Below the pieces are notes generated by a model. It was not told where the DNA came from and ran no database searches. It saw only the letters and a program-made list of their open reading frames with translations. Below, one piece after another: positions 15,383 through 24,340 of a DNA stretch of 24,340 bases. The translations under genes and the position numbers were made by a program. Origin of the DNA: a virus (taxonomy: Duplodnaviria > Caudoviricetes); the IMG/VR virus record IMGVR_UViG_3300013108_000417, positions 1 through 24,340 of that record; one strand, given 5' to 3'. Position 1 is the stretch's first letter; each line of letters begins with the position of its first letter.

Positions 15383-15940
15383 TTAAAAATGCCTGTTATT
15401 ATCAACCGATAAAAGCCGTAATGCGCCGTGGGGTACTATTCTTAAGCTGGCCTCTGTTGCATCCTCGCGGTTTTCATACCAATGCGAAGCCATCAACAAT
15501 ATAGCCTGCTGTATTCGCTTTGGGGGCTGCTTGTTGCCAAAAGTAGCGTTAACTAATACAGCGTTAGATTGCGCTCGTGTATCTGGCCAATCTTGCCCGT
15601 ATGCGAGGTTTATTTTTGCCCTAAAGTCAAAGTCATCAACGCTATAAATTGAAGCATCTAGCGTTTGTGTTGCGCCGTCCGTATCGACATATTGCACCGA
15701 TTCAACACTAATCAATGGTCTTATGGGTAGCTCCATAGAATCGCTAAACTCATCGAAAGCGATTTGCCATTGCTGTTTTAAAACCTTATTGCTGGTTACG
15801 CTCTCCGCATATTCACGAGCGGCGACAATGTAAGTTTTTAATAATTCGTCTTCTTCACTGTGTTCAATTCGTAGCTGGTTTTTTAATTGTTGGACGCTTA
15901 CCGGCTCGCTTTTTGGCTCCGTCACTAGCTTCATTTTCAT
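15383..15940 (-). CDS. head-tail connector protein (HK97 gp6-like, long form)
   Basis: EPVSVQQLKNQLRIEHSEEDELLKTYIVAAREYAE...QAILLMASHWYENRE. Confidence 0.9.
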   Translation of the reverse strand: MKMKLVTEPKSEPVSVQQLKNQLRIEHSEEDELLKTYIVAAREYAESVTSNKVLKQQWQIAFDEFSDSMELPIRPLISVESVQYVDTDGATQTLDASIYSVDDFDFRAKINLAYGQDWPDTRAQSNAVLVNATFGNKQPPKRIQQAILLMASHWYENREDATEASLRIVPHGALRLLSVDNNRHF

Positions 15941-16094
15941 TAATCACAGCCTTTTCTACTTTTGCACTTTTAACCGGCTTAGCTGCACCACTTTTAATTA
16001 GTGCCGCCCCTTCTCTTTCGGAAACTTCCACAATATCTTTGGGCTTCCGGTCGATTGCTGGCCCGCATTGAGCCACTATCATTTCTACTTTCAT
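15864..16094 (-). CDS. small basic post-capsid protein
   Basis: Start reassigned to ATG 16094 (GGTGGG SD). DIVEVSEREGAALIKSGAAKPV is typical of small genes after HK97 capsids. Overlaps the connector gene. Confidence 0.65.
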   Translation of the reverse strand: MKVEMIVAQCGPAIDRKPKDIVEVSEREGAALIKSGAAKPVKSAKVEKAVINENEASDGAKKRAGKRPTIKKPATN

Positions 16095-16104
16095 AAACCC
16101 ACCA

Positions 16105-16133
16105 AATAAAAAGGGCGACACTAGGCCGCCCTT
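16105..16133 (-). terminator. Rho-independent terminator after the capsid gene
   Basis: Minus strand AAGGGCGGC-CTAGT-GTCGCCCTT followed by TTTATTT. Confidence 0.8.
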
Positions 16134-16150
16134 AGTTTATTGCTCAGCTT

Positions 16151-17356
16151 TTAAGATGCGGCCATGGTCATGGCGCGTAAGCCGCTGCCATTTACAATCG
16201 CGCCATCTGTGCGCATGATTGCGACAAAGCCAACCTGATGATAATCAGCGTAACGCTCAACCAAACGGCGAACAGTAATACCGGAAACGTCACGTATCCA
16301 ATAGCCAGAAACATCACCAAAGACAATTGGCTTAGCATTAGCTCCCATAGATGCCATACCCTGATCAATGATAAACGGCGAACCATCTAACAAGCCTGGG
16401 GTACCTTGTGCAATGTCAGGCTGCCATAACGGGCGGCTGTTACCATCAACAAGCTTTTTAACAGCAAGGAAAGTGGCGTCATTCATAACAAATGAGCCGT
16501 TACCACGATAAGCAGGATCTACCGCGTGTTTAAGGTCAAGCAATTCATTGTAAGTAACTGCGCCAGTTGCCGCCGCTGTGACGCCTGAAGTTGCAGCGCT
16601 CAAGCCTTGTGGCTGGCTTGAACCTGTACCTGTTGCGTAATGTGCAGCAGTAGCACGGCCCAGTCGTTCAGCGAATGCACTTGAAATGTAAGCGTCAAGA
16701 TCAAATGCCGAATCTTGAAGAAGCTCAACAGGAACGCGGATAATATTCGAGGTGTATTTATATGCACCCATTTGAACGTTTCCGAATGTTAAATCTTGTT
16801 CGCTGTCTTGCGTGTTTTCAGCAAGAATTGAACCAGTGTTGCTAGTGTCGTCATTGGTCGGGATATCTAAAGTGTTACCCGTAGCCGTTGACATAACATT
16901 AGCAGCGCCACGAATGCCGCCGTATGCTTGCATAGCCACAATGATTTCATTAGCAAATTCATCAGGAGCAAGATAGCCACCAGCAGAATCGGTGCCTTTC
17001 GCTTGCGCACGCGTTAAAGCTTGTTATTGTTCAGCAGAAAGGCCATACATACCAACTTCAGTGGAACGTAACAAAGCGCTGAAAGCATCGCCTTGGGTAA
17101 TTTCTGAAGCTTCTTTTTCTCGAACAGCTTCAGGCTTCATTGCTTCGATATCTTCAGCAGTGTAGCCCGATAAAGAACTAGCGCGTTCTTCTGCTTTGAT
17201 TCGACCGTCTAGCTCGTCGATTTTATCCGACATTTTGTCCCAGCTTTCGCGTTCTTCTGCGCTAAAGCCTCGGTCTTCTTTTTCTGCGGTTTTGTGCATG
17301 TCCCGCATTTGCGTTGCAAGTTGACCGCGTTCTTGTAGTAAATCTTGTAGTTTCAT
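16151..17356 (-). CDS. HK97-fold major capsid protein with delta (scaffold) domain, interrupted by an in-frame TAA at codon 111
   Basis: ATG 17356 after an AGGTG SD. Coiled-coil N-terminus, then ...SAEQ*QALTRAQAKGTDSAGGYLAPDEFANEIIVAMQ..., ELLQDSAFDL and FGDVSGY. Track ORFs 17024-17380 and 16151-16939 are the same frame. Confidence 0.9.
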
Positions 17357-17380
17357 GTTGTCACCTATTTTTTTTGACAT

Positions 17381-17403
17381 AAAAAAACCCGCTTATGGCG
17401 GGC
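17381..17403 (-). terminator. terminator-like hairpin between protease and capsid genes
   Basis: Minus strand GCCCGC-CATAA-GCGGGT followed by a T run. Confidence 0.6.
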
Positions 17404-17439
17404 TGTTTTCGATTTGGCAATCGTTCAACGGAACGCGGT

Positions 17440-18009
17440 TTACCAATTCGGATTTCTTAGTTTCTCTAACTGTTCTTTGTGTAGCTCTTTGATTTCTGAG
17501 CTTGCGCCGCGCTTATTTAAGAAGTTCTCAAGAGATCGAACCCCCACGGACGCATCAGGGTAAGCTGGATAAGTTACCGGGCTTACATCGAATAAACGTT
17601 TAACTTTGTGAATCGTGCGAATTATTACGCCGTCGCGCTCTTCAAAGTCATCTTCATCTACTGTAAAAGCAAAACTAGATTGATCAACATCACCGCGCTG
17701 TATGCTTGTGCGCAAATCATTGGCTAGCGTTGTGTTGGGAAAATCAACCTCATATCTTAAACCTTCATCATCAACACTTAATTTTAATGTGCCTGATTTC
17801 GTTCGGCCTAAAATCAAATTGGGATCATGATTGAATAGCGCCCTTACATCATCGTCTAACCGACCATCAAAAGCACCCGGCGCAATAATTTCGCGGAAAC
17901 CGCCCAAATCTTCAGATTGCGCGTTAAACACAGAACCATAACCGGCAACCGGCTTACTGTCTTCTGCTCTTAATTCGCTTTTAAAAAATCGTCTTTCAAT
18001 TTCAATCAT
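17440..18009 (-). CDS. HK97-family prohead protease
   Basis: GYGSVFN...SEDLGGFREIIAPGAF, ALFNHD, QSSFAF and DVSPVTYPAYPDA motifs. Confidence 0.95.
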   Translation of the reverse strand: MIEIERRFFKSELRAEDSKPVAGYGSVFNAQSEDLGGFREIIAPGAFDGRLDDDVRALFNHDPNLILGRTKSGTLKLSVDDEGLRYEVDFPNTTLANDLRTSIQRGDVDQSSFAFTVDEDDFEERDGVIIRTIHKVKRLFDVSPVTYPAYPDASVGVRSLENFLNKRGASSEIKELHKEQLEKLRNPNW

Positions 18010-18011
18010 GT

Positions 18012-18134
18012 CTATCTCTCGCTTATAGCTAGTCTGGCTCTAGACTTCTCTTCATCTGATCTAAATAGGCTATTTAAAGGTTTAGATAGCCCATCAACTA
18101 CACCGCCTAAATTAATGTCAATATTTCCAGCCAT
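18012..18134 (-). pseudogene. truncated 3TM-holin-like ORF (40 aa, N-terminal fragment)
   Basis: Manual translation after an AGGTG SD: MAGNIDINLGGVVDGLSKPLNSLFRSDEEKSRARLAISER*. Resembles the 'LFTSDEEK..A.L' N-terminus of GTA-type 3TM holins but has no TM segments. Confidence 0.55.
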
Positions 18135-18156
18135 CTATATCACCTAAATCTTTTTA

Positions 18157-19446
18157 TTAAGGAACATCGCTAACAATATCAGCAGAGGTCATGTTGTACA
18201 TCTGAAATATACAATTAGCCTCTGTCCCGCTATCCTGTAAGGATGGATATGTGTCACCATCCCCCATTCGCCACCAGTGCTTAGGCTGTGTAGTTAATGT
18301 ACTTAAATCGAAGGGCGCGCCGCTATTATATATATCGCTTATATTAGCTGACTGGTCAGAGTCCCAAATAGCAAGTTCGTCTACTTTTGAACCACTTCGC
18401 ATGTAGTTCCCAGAGCTGAATCTACCCACTCTCCAATTATCTGGATCAATCGAAGCAGTGTAACCGTAGTTTGAATGACTGTTATTAGTAGTTTGCTCCG
18501 ATCCATCGATAAAGATTTTGAATCGTGAATAGTAGTTAGATAGATCACCAGAAGAAGAACCAGTAACGCCTCCATCATAAGTGATTAAAACATGATGCCA
18601 AGTGTTCGCGGTTATAGCACCCGCTGGGGTTTGAATCCTCAGATTGTTATTGTTACTGCCGTATCTGAGCCTAAGCAACTTATTGCCGCTGCTATTAATC
18701 TGCATCAACTGAATGTAACCTCCATTGGTCACATCGTTATCACCAAAATAAAGGATCGTTTGACCTTGATTTGCTGTGCTTCCCTTCCAATAAAAGCTAA
18801 TAGACCAAGCATCTGAAGATCCAGATCCGTTACTGGAACGTCCTAAAACATTTTGCAAGATACCAGCGTTAGCACCTAACCAATCCTGATTATTAAATTG
18901 AACTGACTTAGTGTTGGCAAAAGGTGGTGTACTAACAGTAAGTACAATAGTTTCAGAATCTTCACCGTTATAGTTGATAGCCTTAACAGGGATGTTATAA
19001 GAGCCTGCTGTAAGGGAACTACCACCAATGATCTTCCGGTTGTTACCCTCTACGGTAGTCACACCAGATACATTTGATAAGTCCCACTCGTAACCTACAC
19101 CATAGTCTGCTGTTAACTCGTAGTTAAGAGTCTCACCTTGCACTAGGCTTATTGCTAAGCTTGAAGTGATACTAGGTAGCTCTGAACCTGCCGTACCTGA
19201 CGCAGAGAAGAGTGTATTTAGTGCATTACACACATCTGTGGAATCTGCACCGTAGGCATTGTCATTTTCATCCACAAACTCAGTGTAAGCTTGTTCAGTT
19301 ACAATATCGATATCTTTAGCTAAATCACGGACATTACAAGCGCCGTTAGTTACAGTGGCCTGTAGGCTATTCAAGAATTGAACCCCGTTTGCATCTTCAA
19401 TAAAGATAGCGTTTGCTGATGAATCTTTATAGATTTTAATACTCAC
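18157..19446 (-). CDS. beta-rich virion-type protein with Ig-like and LamG/ConA-like domains
   Basis: [40 protein letters not shown] and HWWRMGDG motifs of LamG jelly rolls. PSITSS...VKAINYNG...LTV resembles an Ig-like repeat. Confidence 0.75.
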   Translation of the reverse strand: MSIKIYKDSSANAIFIEDANGVQFLNSLQATVTNGACNVRDLAKDIDIVTEQAYTEFVDENDNAYGADSTDVCNALNTLFSASGTAGSELPSITSSLAISLVQGETLNYELTADYGVGYEWDLSNVSGVTTVEGNNRKIIGGSSLTAGSYNIPVKAINYNGEDSETIVLTVSTPPFANTKSVQFNNQDWLGANAGILQNVLGRSSNGSGSSDAWSISFYWKGSTANQGQTILYFGDNDVTNGGYIQLMQINSSGNKLLRLRYGSNNNNLRIQTPAGAITANTWHHVLITYDGGVTGSSSGDLSNYYSRFKIFIDGSEQTTNNSHSNYGYTASIDPDNWRVGRFSSGNYMRSGSKVDELAIWDSDQSANISDIYNSGAPFDLSTLTTQPKHWWRMGDGDTYPSLQDSGTEANCIFQMYNMTSADIVSDVP

Positions 19447-20344
19447 CTTGGTTCACCCTTATAGAGACATAAACACCTGCGTTCACAACACTACCTGCTG
19501 TAGAAAGTCTAACCTGCATCTTTCCTGGGTTTTGTTGTGTGTTTAAATCACCCATGTAGATGGGGAAGCTTGTAACTCGTTGATAAGGAATACCACTACC
19601 ACTGTCTAATCGTTCAGACCAGAACTGTAATGGATACTCCCCTGCACCATCACCTAGCAAATACCTTGCTTCAAGTAAGCAATTGTTTGTTGATGGTGTC
19701 ACAGTAAAGTCATTACGTACGACAAGCTCACTACCTAGAGGTAATTCTGTGAAGTCTAGGTAACCTGTACTGGTATCCAGAATTTCATTGATCTTCTCAG
19801 GCTTATATGTCTTATTAGTGAAAGCACCTAATCCGTTATTTGGGATATCAGTCCATGTATCTGCTACCAGACTAGTAGGCCCTGAAGTGTCGTTATAGTC
19901 AATGAAACCAAAGAATCCAGTGGCCTGCGCGGACGAGCCGCCGCCCATGTAAACCGTGGAACCAGCGCCTTTAAGTGCAACCCATGCGCCCCACTTGCCG
20001 TTAGGTTGTTCGAACCTTATCTTGCCCGCGTTTGTTTGGTGCTTTGGAATATCGCCCTTATCACCCTTTTGGCCGTCTCGACCTGGCTCGCCCTGCTTAC
20101 CATCTAGACCCTGCTCACCTTTCGGGCCTGGTTCGCCTTTATCACCTTTTGGGCCTTGCTCACCTCTCTGGCCCTGTTCGCCCTTCGGACCTTGCGGGCC
20201 TTGTTCGCCCTTCGGACCTTGCGGGCCTGGTATTTGTGCGCGGTCAAGCATATCTTCAAGACCTTCAACCCTTACACCTGAAACGGCTTTTTTTCGGGTT
20301 TCTAAAAGCTCTTTGTCTAACGCTTTTCTAAGTTCAGGATTCAT
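19436..20344 (-). CDS. collagen-like fibre protein with globular C-terminal domain
   Basis: 20 consecutive Gly-X-Y triplets, then PKHQ...[18 protein letters not shown], a Gly/Ser linker and a ~160-aa beta-rich domain. Confidence 0.85.
   Translation of the reverse strand: MNPELRKALDKELLETRKKAVSGVRVEGLEDMLDRAQIPGPQGPKGEQGPQGPKGEQGQRGEQGPKGDKGEPGPKGEQGLDGKQGEPGRDGQKGDKGDIPKHQTNAGKIRFEQPNGKWGAWVALKGAGSTVYMGGGSSAQATGFFGFIDYNDTSGPTSLVADTWTDIPNNGLGAFTNKTYKPEKINEILDTSTGYLDFTELPLGSELVVRNDFTVTPSTNNCLLEARYLLGDGAGEYPLQFWSERLDSGSGIPYQRVTSFPIYMGDLNTQQNPGKMQVRLSTAGSVVNAGVYVSIRVNQGEY
20048..20227 (-). repeat. collagen (Gly-X-Y)20 repeat including a perfect 27-bp tandem duplication
   Basis: TGTTCGCCCTTCGGACCTTGCGGGCCT at 20175-20201 and 20202-20228. 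Confidence 0.92.
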
Positions 20345-22001
20345 TCACCAAGCCTTCAATAGCTTCTTTCGACAATTCAGGGTAGAGCTTTTGCGCTTCT
20401 GCGATTGCTAAGCGTCTTTGCTCGTCATCGGTCAAACGAAACAAACCCCCTTCATCAGTCTCATTGATTAATGATTCAAGAGTTCTAGCAATCATTTGCT
20501 CATCAAGCAGCAAACCGGCTTTTAAAACAATGTCGTTATACTGGCGTGTAAACTCATCTAGTACCGCTGGCTTATTTAAAGATTTAGCCAAAGGCTTTAG
20601 GTGCCTTTCGATAAATTTGGACGCGTCACCATTCCGCCATTTTAAAAGCTGATCTTTTTTAGATACGCCTTTTTCCGCGTTCGTAAGCTGTTCAGCAAAG
20701 CGGTGAACTAACGGCCCAAAGTCGATGCTGTTTTGCTCTTGCGCTTCTGGCTCTGGCTCTGGCTCTGGTTGTCTCTCTGGCTCTGGCTCTGGCTCTGGCT
20801 CCGGTTCTTGAGCTTTAACCGCTTCAGACATTTCAACCATATTTAACGGGACTAAAATCTCGTCCAAGCCATCAATAGGATTTAAACCACGCGCCGTTCG
20901 CGCTTCGTTTCTCGTCAAAATGCCGCCATTAATCAAAGAAACGTCTTTTTCTGCCTCTTCTTTCGGTGTGCCTTTCAAAATATCCGCTTTATCGAATTTT
21001 ACAAAAAGCCGATTCTGTTCGATGGTCGAAAACAATTTATAATCAAGCTCTTGTTCCCACTGCACAAACCAAGGATTTAACGTGCGGCGAACAAAGTTCA
21101 TAGTTTCTTCGGTGATATTCGAAAAGGTCGCTTTAGAAAGATCGCCAATCATATGTGGTGGCACGTTATAAATTTGGGCGATTTTCGTATCACCGTATTT
21201 ACGAGTTTCTAAGAATTGCGCCTCTTCCGGTGGAATGCCTACGCGTTTATAGTCCATGCCATCGGGCAAGACTGGCGTTTTGTGGCGATTTCCAGAACCA
21301 CTAAAGGCATTAGACCAGCTATCTTTAATCGCCTTTCTGGCCTCTTCTGTAAGCTTCCCTGGGTGCTGTATAACACCTTGAACCGTTGCGCCGTTTCCGA
21401 AAAACTCAGCGCCGAAATTCTGCGCAGCAATTTGGATGCCTAGCTCTTCCGCATGTTGGCGGATCGGCGAAACACCGTTCAAGCCATCGCTGCCCAGCGC
21501 TTTTATATGAATTATTTGTTCATAAGGGAAAGAGAATTGTTTCCCATCGATTAGCGTATCAACAATTAAGCGGCCATTTTTGCTGAGCAGTTGAGTCGCC
21601 GAAGGGTTAAGAGGCCAAAGCGCTTTTGGCTTTCCAGTCTGGCCCCAATCGATCCAAGCAAAACCATTACCCCATCGTAAAGCATGAGATTGCAAAAGCT
21701 GAATAAACGTAAAAGCGCTCATGTGATCATTGGCGCGCTTTGAAAGTAGCTTATACGTTGCGTGATCTTGCGCCAGGTTTGTGACTTCGGCTTTTTTAGA
21801 GAAAGGCCGCAAAGCCTGGGAAGCTATACCGTTACTAATTACATTGACTGCTGAAGCAACGGCGGAAAGCTGCATTGCATTACTTTCGTTTACAGTAACA
21901 CCACTATAATTCGATCCAGTGGCAAAAAGTTCACTTAACCAACCGGCGGGCTGTTTTAACCCGCTTCGCTCTTCAGTTCCAAAAATACGGTCTAAAATCA
22001 T
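20334..22001 (-). CDS. HK97-family portal protein with C-terminal extension
   Basis: RWGNGFA, IIHIK...[33 protein letters not shown] and [18 protein letters not shown] motifs, followed by an EP linker and ~130 extra residues. Confidence 0.95.
   Translation of the reverse strand: MILDRIFGTEERSGLKQPAGWLSELFATGSNYSGVTVNESNAMQLSAVASAVNVISNGIASQALRPFSKKAEVTNLAQDHATYKLLSKRANDHMSAFTFIQLLQSHALRWGNGFAWIDWGQTGKPKALWPLNPSATQLLSKNGRLIVDTLIDGKQFSFPYEQIIHIKALGSDGLNGVSPIRQHAEELGIQIAAQNFGAEFFGNGATVQGVIQHPGKLTEEARKAIKDSWSNAFSGSGNRHKTPVLPDGMDYKRVGIPPEEAQFLETRKYGDTKIAQIYNVPPHMIGDLSKATFSNITEETMNFVRRTLNPWFVQWEQELDYKLFSTIEQNRLFVKFDKADILKGTPKEEAEKDVSLINGGILTRNEARTARGLNPIDGLDEILVPLNMVEMSEAVKAQEPEPEPEPEPERQPEPEPEPEAQEQNSIDFGPLVHRFAEQLTNAEKGVSKKDQLLKWRNGDASKFIERHLKPLAKSLNKPAVLDEFTRQYNDIVLKAGLLLDEQMIARTLESLINETDEGGLFRLTDDEQRRLAIAEAQKLYPELSKEAIEGLVNES
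20745..20807 (-). repeat. TCTGGC hexamer repeat encoding a Glu-Pro linker in the portal
   Basis: [24 protein letters not shown]. Confidence 0.9.
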
Positions 22002-22154
22002 CTACTTTTTAACCTTAAAAGCTGCGAAAAAACCGACTAAAAGCAGCACTAAACCGCTAAAAATCGCCGCATAATTGGGTGAAAACTCGTGATAAATGCC
22101 AAAACTAGACAAAAGCAGCCCAAGTAAAAACAAAACGTCTGCTAAATGCTTCAT
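22002..22154 (-). CDS. small two-TM membrane protein between terL and portal (50 aa)
   Basis: Manual translation MKHLADVLFLLGLLLSSFGIYHEFSPNYAAIFSGLVLLLVGFFAAFKVKK. ATGA overlap with terL; stop abuts the portal ATG. Confidence 0.75.
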   Translation of the reverse strand: MKHLADVLFLLGLLLSSFGIYHEFSPNYAAIFSGLVLLLVGFFAAFKVKK

Positions 22155-23833
22155 AAAACCATTAATCCATCTGTGTAATCTGTTGTCTTATCTTCGTAAG
22201 ACATTGCGCGGGCAACACCCATTATCATGCATACAGCGCCGTCAATTTTTGCGCTCGCTCTTTCTTTTCTAGGAAAAATGTTGTCGTTATGGTCTGGCTT
22301 CACAACAACATTTGACGCCATCCAGTCAAACGCATCATTTCCAGGATGATGAAAACGCCCCGCTTTTATTGCGCCTTCACATTCATACATAGGCCCGCTC
22401 ATATTTTTAGTGGTTTGGCCAAACTCCACGACAAGCAAACCTTCTTCAGCTAATTCCTGAGCTATCTTTGTGCAGTTCCAAGGGTCAAAGGCAACCTCTA
22501 AAGCACCAAACTTTTTAGAGTCTTCTAAAATATGCTTTTTAATAAATTCAAAATCTATTTCTTGGCCTTCGGTCTGGATTAAATAACCAGCTTTTAACCA
22601 CCTTGCATACTTGCCGCTTTTGTCGCTTATAACCGCCTCGGAAGGCAAAAAGAACTTTGGAAAGCAGTAATAATGCAACTTTCCATCGAGATATTTAAAA
22701 AACGTTTTAACGTACGCAGCTATGTCGCACTTGCTGGCAAGGTCTATGCTGTGTATGCAATCCCAGCCTACAAAATCGTCTTCGCTTAACTCTTCGCCAC
22801 ATTTGCGCCATTCTTCAAAGTTAAGCCAGCTTGCGGCCGCGTTAACCCATCGGTTTTGGTGTTTAGTTTTGAAAGAGTTTTGACGCTTAGTGTCTTTCTT
22901 TGCGACCTCTAACGAATCAATCAAAAAGTCTTTTGAAACTGATACGTCTAAATTTGGGTTAGCTTTTATTAAGTTTTCCGGGTCGGTCCATTCGTCGCTT
23001 TCGTCAAGCTCGTAAATGATCGCAAACAACCTTTCGTCTTTTTCAGAACCTTCCAGAACCTTTTTACATATCTGGTATTCATCAAAGCAAGGGCCATCTA
23101 AGTTGTGGCCTGCTGTCGTGATAATCAAAAGAAGCGGTGAACCTTCCATTGCCCGCGCACCCATACCCGTTTCAAAAGTTTCAACGGTGATATTCGACTG
23201 GTGTTCGTGGTACTCGTCAACAATGCCACAATGTGGGCTTGCGCCGTCCGGTGGATTGCCTATAACCGGCTCAAACTTGGCGTTATCTTCTGCCCTGCTA
23301 ATGACGCGCTTAAAAACATCAACGCCAAAATGATCTAATAGATCCGGTGTTCGCTCACACATGATTCGAGCAGGCGTAAACACTTCAAAAGCTTGCTTTT
23401 CATTGGTTGCGCCGCAATAAACTTCAGAGCCAAACTCACCATCGGCCGTAAGCATATATAAGCCAATGCCAGCCGCAAAAATTGATTTGCCATTCTTTCG
23501 CGCCACTTGGATATAGGCTTTCCTAAACCTGCGCTTATCGGTGCCTTTCTCTAGCCAGCCACCAATGTTGCATAATATCAAACACTGCCATGGCTCTAGC
23601 TTTATTAGCTCTTTCTTACTGGCCCAAGCGCCCTTAGTGTGTGGCAAGTTTTCGATAAACTCGCACAAATGATCTGCGTGGCTTGGATTAAAGTAATATT
23701 TAAAAGCTTTAGTTTCAGCAAGTTCAATGTCGTTAATAAATCGCTCACAAGCTTGATAAACCGCTTTGCACGATCTTATTTCACCGCCAACAATATCAAA
23801 CGCGTATTGAACGGCTTTTTGGTAATACGTCAT
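22151..23833 (-). CDS. terL: terminase large subunit
   Basis: LEPWQ, Walker A ARKNGKS, Walker B GIVDEYH, IITTAG, IDLA, FDPWN and KIDGAV motifs. Confidence 0.97.
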   Translation of the reverse strand: MTYYQKAVQYAFDIVGGEIRSCKAVYQACERFINDIELAETKAFKYYFNPSHADHLCEFIENLPHTKGAWASKKELIKLEPWQCLILCNIGGWLEKGTDKRRFRKAYIQVARKNGKSIFAAGIGLYMLTADGEFGSEVYCGATNEKQAFEVFTPARIMCERTPDLLDHFGVDVFKRVISRAEDNAKFEPVIGNPPDGASPHCGIVDEYHEHQSNITVETFETGMGARAMEGSPLLLIITTAGHNLDGPCFDEYQICKKVLEGSEKDERLFAIIYELDESDEWTDPENLIKANPNLDVSVSKDFLIDSLEVAKKDTKRQNSFKTKHQNRWVNAAASWLNFEEWRKCGEELSEDDFVGWDCIHSIDLASKCDIAAYVKTFFKYLDGKLHYYCFPKFFLPSEAVISDKSGKYARWLKAGYLIQTEGQEIDFEFIKKHILEDSKKFGALEVAFDPWNCTKIAQELAEEGLLVVEFGQTTKNMSGPMYECEGAIKAGRFHHPGNDAFDWMASNVVVKPDHNDNIFPRKERASAKIDGAVCMIMGVARAMSYEDKTTDYTDGLMVL

Positions 23834-24276
23834 TTTTTCTTATCGAAAGGATTAGCTTTCTTTTGCTCCGGCTTGCCGTTTATTTTTGTTCTCGAAGCAG
23901 GGTCCAAACCTAATGCAGCGCCAAACGAAAGCATGTTCCTTTGGGCCTCATGGGAAACCGTAACAGCCGGGTTTTTCTTAACACCGCCAGCACTATCAAC
24001 AACAAAGCCTTCTTGATCAATTAATCTTTGAGCTAATCTGAATTGCTGATAAGCAAGACAAAAAGCCTCGAGGTTGTGTAAGTCGGTTTCGGTCAATACG
24101 CCCGTCTTGGTTAAGAGCGGCGCTAGCTCATTCCATTTAAGCAATGCTAAGCCATCAAAATGTTCGGGTGCTTCCGTTGTTGCTGGCGCGTCATAAACTG
24201 GTTCATTCTCAACAGCACGACTCTTATCATAGGTGCCTTGCAGCAACTTTAATGCCGTTGGTTTCTTTGCACTCAT
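23830..24276 (-). CDS. terS: terminase small subunit (P27-like family)
   Basis: KKPTALKLLQG N-terminus, KKNPA and LGLDPASR motifs. Start at ATG 24276; ATGA overlap with terL. Confidence 0.92.
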   Translation of the reverse strand: MSAKKPTALKLLQGTYDKSRAVENEPVYDAPATTEAPEHFDGLALLKWNELAPLLTKTGVLTETDLHNLEAFCLAYQQFRLAQRLIDQEGFVVDSAGGVKKNPAVTVSHEAQRNMLSFGAALGLDPASRTKINGKPEQKKANPFDKKK

Positions 24277-24340
24277 TTTCGTTCCACTGCTCAAATGTTC
24301 ATTTATGAAAACTTTCTAACTGCGCTCGCGTTTTATTTCC

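Noticed and set aside
16151-17380. Separate scaffold gene (17024-17380) and capsid gene (16151-16939), as listed in the ORF track
   Set aside because: Both are in one frame. Starting at 16939 would drop the conserved GGYLAP N-arm, and no earlier start codon exists after the TAA.
19956-20411. + strand Pro/Cys-rich repeat ORFs (19956-20411, 20032-20331)
   Set aside because: Antisense shadows of the collagen repeat.
20175-20807. Tandem repeats as a CRISPR-like array
   Set aside because: No unique spacers; the repeats are in-frame coding repeats, and there are no cas genes.
1-24340. Genome-wide stop-codon reassignment explaining the capsid TAA
   Set aside because: TAA, TAG and TGA all end genes normally here (e.g. 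cI, ssb and the capsid itself end in TAA), and no other gene is fragmented.
24277-24340. cos site upstream of terS
   Set aside because: Expected nearby for HK97-like phages, but no supportable motif is visible before the window ends.

Overview
A 24.3-kb segment of a temperate, lambda-organised, HK97-like siphophage, probably of a Gammaproteobacterium (inferred from the gene families; not provable here). Left to right: a truncated YdaU/DUF1376-like replication gene, the early genes and lysis/lysogeny switch (cII-position gene, cro, cI with an S24 autocleavage domain), a lipoprotein moron, the recombination arm (unknown protein, YqaJ exonuclease, SSB, small ORFs), xis-int and an apparently intact attP. 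The late head-tail operon then runs on the minus strand from terS to the tail tip. No host genes flank int, so this looks like the virion or excised form. Main anomalies: (1) the major capsid gene has one in-frame TAA at the scaffold/capsid boundary; (2) between portal and prohead protease lies a compositionally foreign cassette (collagen-like fibre, LamG-like protein, truncated 3TM-holin-like ORF), next to a portal with an EP-repeat linker and extra C-terminal domain, suggesting a head-displayed adhesin captured from another phage; (3) the integrase has Asp where the first catalytic Arg is expected; (4) an OOP-like antisense RNA unit precedes the replication gene. All family calls come from motif recognition by eye; no database searches were run.
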